A stretch of 33,289 nucleotides of DNA, from the NCBI GenBank assembly GCA_002687815.1, contig NZBH01000051.1, forward strand, positions 1-33,289. Reading direction: 5' to 3'. Source of the DNA: an archaeon. Lineage in GTDB: Archaea > Nanobdellota > Nanobdellia > SCGC-AAA011-G17 > GCA-2687815. Position numbers and translations under genes: made by a program. Below, piece after piece: positions 27,618 through 33,289 of this stretch (positions are counted from its first letter, which is position 1; each line of letters opens with the position of its first letter). The notes beneath the pieces are model-generated. The model had not been told where the DNA came from, made no database searches, and was given only the letters and a program-made list of their open reading frames with translations.

Positions 27618-28489
27618 TTGGTTTGGATCTTGGTGGAACAAATATTGGTGTTGGATTGTTAAAAAATAATAAAATCGTTAAATTTTTGAAGTTACCAACA
27701 CATGCAAATCAAGGTAAAGGAGTTGTTATAAATCAAATAATAAAAGCAATTGAATTAATTATTTCTGGAATAGATAAAAAAAATATTTCTGGTATTGGCT
27801 TGGGTGTTCCAGGTCCTTGTGATTATAAAAAAGGTGTTTTGATTAATCCACCAAATTTACCTTTTAGAAATGTTAATTTGAAAAATATAATAAAAAAAAG
27901 ATTTAAAAAAAAGGTAATTATGGAAAATGATGCAGGTTGTGCTGCTTTAGCTGAAAAAAGATTTGGTGTTGGTAAAAATAAAAAAAATTTTATTCTTTTA
28001 ACTTTGGGAACTGGAATTGGTGGTGGTTTAATTATTAATAATGAATTGTATCATGGGTTGGGAAATGGTGGTGAGCTTGGGCATATTAGTATAAAATCCG
28101 ATGGACCAAAAAGTAAATGTGGAAATGATGGTTGTTTGGAAGTTTTAGCTTCTGGTACTGCAATAGTAAAAAGAGCAAAAAAAATTTTAGGGAAAGAATT
28201 AAAAGCTAGAGAATTAGCACAACTTGCAAGAAAGGGTAATAAAAAAGCTAGAAGAGTCTTAGAAGAGAGTGGAAAATATTTAGGAATTGGTTTAGCAAAT
28301 TTTGTAAATATTTTTAATCCAGAATTAATTATTTTAAGTGGTGGTGTATGGGATAGTGGTGATATTTTGTTGAATTTTGCTAAAAAAGAGATGAAAAAAA
28401 GAGCGTTATTTAATACTGAAGTTGTTTGGAGTAAATTGAAAGAACCAGGTGTATTGGGAGCAGCTAGTTTAATTAAAAATGCATCATAG
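27608..28489 (+). CDS. ROK family sugar kinase (glucokinase-like)
   Basis: GLDLGGT, MENDA, TLGTGIGGG, GELGH, CGNDGCLE. No N-terminal HTH. Confidence 0.92.
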   Translation: MYIVGLDLGGTNIGVGLLKNNKIVKFLKLPTHANQGKGVVINQIIKAIELIISGIDKKNISGIGLGVPGPCDYKKGVLINPPNLPFRNVNLKNIIKKRFKKKVIMENDAGCAALAEKRFGVGKNKKNFILLTLGTGIGGGLIINNELYHGLGNGGELGHISIKSDGPKSKCGNDGCLEVLASGTAIVKRAKKILGKELKARELAQLARKGNKKARRVLEESGKYLGIGLANFVNIFNPELIILSGGVWDSGDILLNFAKKEMKKRALFNTEVVWSKLKEPGVLGAASLIKNAS

Positions 28490-29606
28490 ACCTCCTATTT
28501 TGTGGTTTTTGAAAAAAAAAGCATTAAGTGAATTATATGTATCTATTGCTTTAAGAAGTTTAGCAATTTCTATGGTTGGGATTTTTATTCCTCTTTATTT
28601 GTATTATGAATTATCTTTTCCATTAAAAGAAGTGTTCTTTTTTTATATAATTGTCTCAGTATTTTTTGCGATATTTACACCAATTGCTGCAAAACTTTCT
28701 AATAAGGTTGGTTTTAAATATTGTATTTTAGCAAGTTCTTTTTTTCATATTGCTTTTTTTGGATTATTATTTCTCTTGAATACATTACATGTATCCTTGA
28801 TTTTTCTTGCAGCAATACTTGGAATAAGTCAAGCATTTTTTTGGTTTAGTTTTCATGCTGATTTTGCTAAAAATAGTGATCATGATCATAGGGGAAGAGA
28901 AGTTAGTTTGTGGTTTGCATTCTCCTCTGTTTCGGCTATACTTGGTCCCTTTATTGGTGGTTTAGTATTATCTATACCAGAACTTGGTTTTAACTGGTTG
29001 TTTGTTTTTGCAAGTATTGTACTTCTTAGTTCTGCTATACCTTTATTTTTCTTTAAGGATGATAGAACAAGATCTTTTTCTTTTAAAGGTATTTTCTCTA
29101 AAATTAAACTTAAAGAAGCTATAGCATTTGTTGGTAATGGTATGGAGGGCGTGGCTGGTGTTGTTCTTTGGCCTTTATTTATTTTTATAATTGTAAAAAA
29201 ATATTTTTTGATGGGTTCATTAGCTTCTGTAGTATCTATATTTATGATAGTTTTTACTGTCGGGGTTGGTAAATTAAGTGATGGTATTAAAAAAAGAAAA
29301 ATAATGAATATCGGAATAATAATATCAACTATTACTTGGTTAATAAGAATCTTTGTTAAAACAATTTCACAGGTTTTTACTGTAACTTCTATAGGTGCTA
29401 CTGGTAGTACTTTAACAAATGTTCCATTCAGTGCTTTAACTTATGATAGAATTAAAAAAAATAATTTAATTGAATTTTTAGTTTTAAGAGAAGTATTTCT
29501 TTGTGTTGGTAGAATTTTAGTGTTAACTGTCATGTATTTTACAAGCAAATGGTTTGCTGGATTTTTTATGGCAGGAGTAGGTAGTTTATTGCAGCTTTTA
29601 TTTTAG
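28479..29606 (+). CDS. MFS transporter
   Basis: About 11-12 hydrophobic segments, AAKLSNKVG and GKLSDGIKKR motif-A-like loops, ILGPFIGG. Confidence 0.85.
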   Translation: MHHRPPILWFLKKKALSELYVSIALRSLAISMVGIFIPLYLYYELSFPLKEVFFFYIIVSVFFAIFTPIAAKLSNKVGFKYCILASSFFHIAFFGLLFLLNTLHVSLIFLAAILGISQAFFWFSFHADFAKNSDHDHRGREVSLWFAFSSVSAILGPFIGGLVLSIPELGFNWLFVFASIVLLSSAIPLFFFKDDRTRSFSFKGIFSKIKLKEAIAFVGNGMEGVAGVVLWPLFIFIIVKKYFLMGSLASVVSIFMIVFTVGVGKLSDGIKKRKIMNIGIIISTITWLIRIFVKTISQVFTVTSIGATGSTLTNVPFSALTYDRIKKNNLIEFLVLREVFLCVGRILVLTVMYFTSKWFAGFFMAGVGSLLQLLF

Positions 29607-29620
29607 AAAAGTTTATAAAT
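29605..29620 (+). promoter_or_regulatory. BRE-TATA promoter of rpl15e
   Basis: AGAAAAGTTTATAAAT, predicting a TSS near 29643. Confidence 0.7.
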
Positions 29621-29642
29621 CACATTTTTTCTAAAGAAGCTA

Positions 29643-29696
29643 GAAGGAATGTGGTAATCTCTGCTTCGGCGGAATCTGAACCTTTGTGAATTAAAA
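29643..29696 (+). ncRNA. Candidate structured 5' leader of rpl15e (ribosomal protein leader)
   Basis: Inner hairpin UCUGC-UUCG-GCGGA (29660-29673) and outer stem GAAGG (29643-47) / CCUUU (29681-85). Locally GC-rich in AT-rich DNA. Confidence 0.6.
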
Positions 29697-30224
29697 ATGG
29701 GATTTTATAAATCAATTAGAGAAATTTGGAAGAAACCTAAAAAAAATTTGGGTAATCTATGGAAGGAAAGACTTGTTCAATGGAGAAAAGAACAAAGTAT
29801 TGTAAGATTAGATAGACCTACAAGAATTGATAAAGCAAGAAGTTTAGGTTACAAAGCTAAGCAAGGATACTTAATTGTAAGAGTTAAAGTTGGAAGAGGC
29901 GGTAGAAAAAGAGAAAAAATTAGTGGTGGTAGAAGAAGTAAACATAGTGGAAGTAAAAAGCTAGTTAGTAAAAGTTATAGGTGGGTTGCTGAAGAAAGAG
30001 CTTCTAAAAAATACAAAAATTGTGAAGTTCTAAATTCTTATTATTTAGCTGAAGATGGAAAAAATTATTGGTTTGAAATCTTGTTAATAGATGTGCATAA
30101 TCCTGTAATTAAAAGTGATAAAAATATAAACTGGATTTGTAATCAAAAAGGAAGAGTTTTTAGAGGAAAAACTGCTGCTGGAAAAAGAAGTAGGGGCTTA
30201 TTAAATAAAAGTAAAAAAAATTAA
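29697..30224 (+). CDS. rpl15e: 50S ribosomal protein eL15
   Basis: RPTRIDKARSLGYKAKQG, VAEERA, EVLNSY, GRVFRGKT.AGKRSRGL. Confidence 0.97.
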   Translation: MGFYKSIREIWKKPKKNLGNLWKERLVQWRKEQSIVRLDRPTRIDKARSLGYKAKQGYLIVRVKVGRGGRKREKISGGRRSKHSGSKKLVSKSYRWVAEERASKKYKNCEVLNSYYLAEDGKNYWFEILLIDVHNPVIKSDKNINWICNQKGRVFRGKTAAGKRSRGLLNKSKKN

Positions 30225-33200
30225 TAATATAATCTTCTTCTTGGTTTTAATATTAAATATAGTGAAATTATAAAGATTATTGTAATAATTGTTGCTATAA
30301 TTCCATATATTATTGTATTTGGTTTTTCTTTTATTCTTTCTTTTCTTGAAACTACTATTGCCCTGCAAGCTTCTACAGCTGATCCTGTTAGTTCTACTGC
30401 TTCTTTGAATTGTCCATCTTCCATATTTTTTTCTGCTTCGTTTAATAATTCATTGAATTCTAGACATTCTGGATTTTCTTTGAATAAATCTTTTGCAAAT
30501 GTTACTCTTGTTACCGCTGTTGTTTCATTATATATCCCACGTGTTATTAAATTTAAAAATAATTTAAGAGAGTCTGAAAAAGGTGGATTTTTTACATTTG
30601 CCTTTATTAGTGCTTCATAATAACCTAAATTTGATTGTCCTGAAGAAGTAATTATAAGATCTGATCTTGCTTCTTGACCTGGTCTTAATAATTCAATTTG
30701 ATCTTTTGTGAATTCTAATGTTAAATCAGTATTATTAGTTTCTGTTTCTAATTTTATACTGTATAACATAAGATTACCTGTGTTTTTTATTGTTATTGGT
30801 GCTACTATTGATTCATCTTTATAAATTAATAAAAATGGTTCTGAAAATAGATCTATTGATGCTGTTTTAGTAGTTCTTCCTCCGCTTCCTACTTCTGTTT
30901 GGTATATTTTTGATAATTCTGTTACTATTGCTGTAGAAGAATTATACCAGCTTGATGAATTATCATAACCATCATAAACCCTTTGTGAACATTTAATTAA
31001 ATCTTCATATGATTCTGAAATGGTTTCTAAAAATAGTGTAGAATTAGCTTTACCTTCCAATATTTCATCGTTTAAATACCATCTCCAAAAATCTTTATTT
31101 TTTTGATCTAAATCAGCACTATCTGAATAGTTTCCTGTAGTACAATTTATTATAGCATTTTGTATTGGTGTTGTATCATTTATTGCTGGATTTGAAGTTA
31201 ATATAGGAATTGTATTTTTGATCTTAAAGAAATAATAACGATCAGTCCCATTTAAAGATCTATTTATATTAGAAACTGTATCATTTGCATACCAAGCATA
31301 TCCAACAAGAATACCTCTTGTTGAAGCTATTCTTAAGGTAGTCCAATTTTTATGCAAAGTAGTAGCTGATGGTTTAGAAGAATAATTAGCCCATGAACCA
31401 GAATCATTAGTTGAAAACCAAGCATAATCTACATCTCTGTCATTATTTATATTAATACTTAAATTGATATCCTCATCATATCTTGGATAAGTTTGATTAT
31501 TTAAGTGGGAAGTAAAATATGGTGGATCATTTGGCCCAAAGATAATATAAGTTTCTCCAGCATCTGATCCTCCTGCAGGATCTGCTAATGGTGCACCGAT
31601 TATAATATCAGACATGTTAATATTATTTGTATCACCAGAGGCAACAGCTGCACCAGAATAGTCATCAGCATCATCACCCCAGATAGTAATATTAGCCCAA
31701 ATCAGATCTAAATCAAATGTTTTATTAAAGGAATAACTTCCAGAACCATAAATAACATAAGTTTCTCCAGTATTATTCAAAGTTTTATCAGTACTATTTC
31801 CCCCATATGCACCAATTATAATATCTGTTTTATTATCATTATTTATATCACCAGAAGCAACAGCATAACCAGACCAATCAATATGATCATCCCCAAAAAC
31901 AGTAATATTAGCTGAAACTGTATTATTATTTAAATCAATTACCTTTCCAATAGAATAACTTTCAGATCCGTAAATAACATAAACTTCTCCAGCATCAGTA
32001 CCTCCAGGAGGATCTGCTCCATATGCCCCAATTATAATATCATTAATACCATCATTATTTATATCTCCAGAAGTTACAGCTGCACCAGAATAGTCATCAG
32101 CAGCATGCCCATAAACAGTAATATTAGCTGAAACTGCATGTAAATCAAATACTCTTCCAGTAGGATAACCATCTGAACCATAAATAACATAAGTTTCACC
32201 AGAATTGTTTAAATTTGCATTACTTGTACCATTTCCACCCTGTGCTCCAATTAAAATATCTGCAATACCGTCATTATTTATATCACCAGAAGCAACAGAC
32301 GAGCCAGACCAGTCACTTAGATCATCTCCCCAAACAGTAATATTTGCTGGGAGTGTATTATTATTTAGGTCAAATGTTTTATTAATAGAATAACTGGCTG
32401 AACCATAAATAACATGAGTTTTACCGGCAGCACCTCTACCACTAGGATCTGCTCCAATTGCCCCCATTATAATATCTGCAATACCGTCATTATTAATATC
32501 ACCAGAAGCAACAGACCAACCAAGATGATCTAGAGTATCATTTCCATAAATAGTAATATTTGCTCCATGCAAACTTAAATCAAATGTTTTATTAATAGAA
32601 TAACTGGCTGAACCATAAATAACATAAACTTCTCCAGCATCAGTACCTCCAGGAGGATCTGCATACCTTGCTCCAATTATAATATCATTAATACCATCAT
32701 TATTTATATCACCCGAAGCTATATCTCTTCCAGAATGATCGTCAGCAGCTGTACCCCAAATAGTGATATTAGCAGATACTGAATTTAAGTCAAATGTTTT
32801 ACCTGTAGAATAGCTATTAGAGCCATCGATAACATAAGTTTCACCAGCACCAATACGTCCGGTAGGATCTGCTCCATATGCCCCAATTATAATATCACCG
32901 ATATCATCATTATTTATATCACCTGAAGCTATAGCCCAGCTGGAATTATCATTAGCATCATCCCCGTAAACAATAAGATTAGCAGATGTAGAATCTAAAT
33001 CATATGTTTTATTAAAATCATCTAATTGAATACCAAATATATATTCTAATAAAGTATTGTTTCCATAAATGGCAAACCCAGTGATTTCAAAATCAACATT
33101 ACCAATATTTTCTTTAAAGATAAAGAAAAAAATACTTCCAATAGAAATTAATATTACTAATATTACTAAATTTTTATTTATTTTAAACTCTTCTCTAGGT

Positions 33201-33289
33201 TTATCAAGTTTATTCTTTAAATTATTAGTATAAGAATCATAATAAGAATACCATTGTTCTTCTGTTCTCCCTTTTAGAAATTTACTTAA
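30221..33289 (-). CDS. Large surface protein with seven FG-GAP (integrin-alpha-like) repeats, Ig-like stalk, and N- and C-proximal TM helices (5'-partial, at least 1022 aa)
   Basis: The frame of the 783-aa ORF stays open from 32572 to the window end. The extra 239 codons contain a TM segment (LVILVILISIGSIFFFIF) and two more SGDINND..DIIIGA repeats. C-terminal TM IIYGIIATIITIIFIISLYLIL. Confidence 0.9.
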   Translation of the reverse strand, partial: LSKFLKGRTEEQWYSYYDSYTNNLKNKLDKPREEFKINKNLVILVILISIGSIFFFIFKENIGNVDFEITGFAIYGNNTLLEYIFGIQLDDFNKTYDLDSTSANLIVYGDDANDNSSWAIASGDINNDDIGDIIIGAYGADPTGRIGAGETYVIDGSNSYSTGKTFDLNSVSANITIWGTAADDHSGRDIASGDINNDGINDIIIGARYADPPGGTDAGEVYVIYGSASYSINKTFDLSLHGANITIYGNDTLDHLGWSVASGDINNDGIADIIMGAIGADPSGRGAAGKTHVIYGSASYSINKTFDLNNNTLPANITVWGDDLSDWSGSSVASGDINNDGIADILIGAQGGNGTSNANLNNSGETYVIYGSDGYPTGRVFDLHAVSANITVYGHAADDYSGAAVTSGDINNDGINDIIIGAYGADPPGGTDAGEVYVIYGSESYSIGKVIDLNNNTVSANITVFGDDHIDWSGYAVASGDINNDNKTDIIIGAYGGNSTDKTLNNTGETYVIYGSGSYSFNKTFDLDLIWANITIWGDDADDYSGAAVASGDTNNINMSDIIIGAPLADPAGGSDAGETYIIFGPNDPPYFTSHLNNQTYPRYDEDINLSININNDRDVDYAWFSTNDSGSWANYSSKPSATTLHKNWTTLRIASTRGILVGYAWYANDTVSNINRSLNGTDRYYFFKIKNTIPILTSNPAINDTTPIQNAIINCTTGNYSDSADLDQKNKDFWRWYLNDEILEGKANSTLFLETISESYEDLIKCSQRVYDGYDNSSSWYNSSTAIVTELSKIYQTEVGSGGRTTKTASIDLFSEPFLLIYKDESIVAPITIKNTGNLMLYSIKLETETNNTDLTLEFTKDQIELLRPGQEARSDLIITSSGQSNLGYYEALIKANVKNPPFSDSLKLFLNLITRGIYNETTAVTRVTFAKDLFKENPECLEFNELLNEAEKNMEDGQFKEAVELTGSAVEACRAIVVSRKERIKEKPNTIIYGIIATIITIIFIISLYLILKPRRRLYY
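31540..33010 (-). repeat. Seven ~210-bp tandem FG-GAP coding repeats with identical DNA patches
   Basis: For example 32370-32415 = 32580-32625 (46 bp) and 31971-32017 = 32616-32662 (47 bp). Confidence 0.9.

Noticed and set aside
206-32393. Numerous short antisense ORFs in the track (e.g. 206-520, 4049-4321, 7156-7545, 16147-16581, 20949-21413, 25012-25314)
   Set aside because: They lie opposite well-supported genes, have F/L/I/S-biased shadow composition and show no recognisable motifs.
32573-33289. Apparently ORF-free 3' end as pseudogene, frameshift or ncRNA
   Set aside because: Hand translation shows an uninterrupted continuation of the FG-GAP gene. It simply has no in-frame start codon within the window.
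1-33289. tRNA/rRNA genes, IS elements, integrases, stop-codon recoding
   Set aside because: Intergenic gaps are under about 100 bp with no cloverleaf. No transposase or integrase motifs were seen. TGA, TAG and TAA all terminate conserved genes at the expected positions.

Overview
Very AT-rich, gene-dense chromosomal segment of an archaeon using genetic code 11. A fused PriS-PriL primase, class I LysRS, eukaryote-type r-proteins and extreme compaction point to a DPANN lineage; Woesearchaeota-like is my inference. I saw no tRNA, rRNA, CRISPR array or mobile element. Housekeeping content: the end of the secY cluster (secY, DUF106/Oxa1-like insertase, eL34, eL14), pfdA, primase, a small kinase, Hjc, LysRS, CysRS, Cbf5, eS19-PDCD5-eL39-eL31, eL15, two radical SAM genes, a HerA-like ATPase and a class-2-type PyrD. 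Metabolism: a compact upper-glycolysis/fermentation island (PfkB, class I FBA, D-LDH-like, TPI; PGI/PMI, ROK kinase, MFS; TrxB and NnrD in between). Cell surface: an alpha/alpha-barrel protein with Cys-rich repeats, a lamin-tail-domain protein, a pilin, and a >1000 aa seven-repeat FG-GAP integrin-like protein. Two genes missing from the ORF track were found by hand: eL39 (18486-18659, -) and a 56-aa non-canonical histone (9800-9970, -). Most notable observations: the histone and eL15 share an identical 16-bp promoter element and both have structured leaders; a structured candidate eL15 ribosomal leader; an apparent ~15.7-kb inversion that swapped the tails of two conserved r-protein operons; and an ITG motif next to the membrane anchors of two surface proteins.
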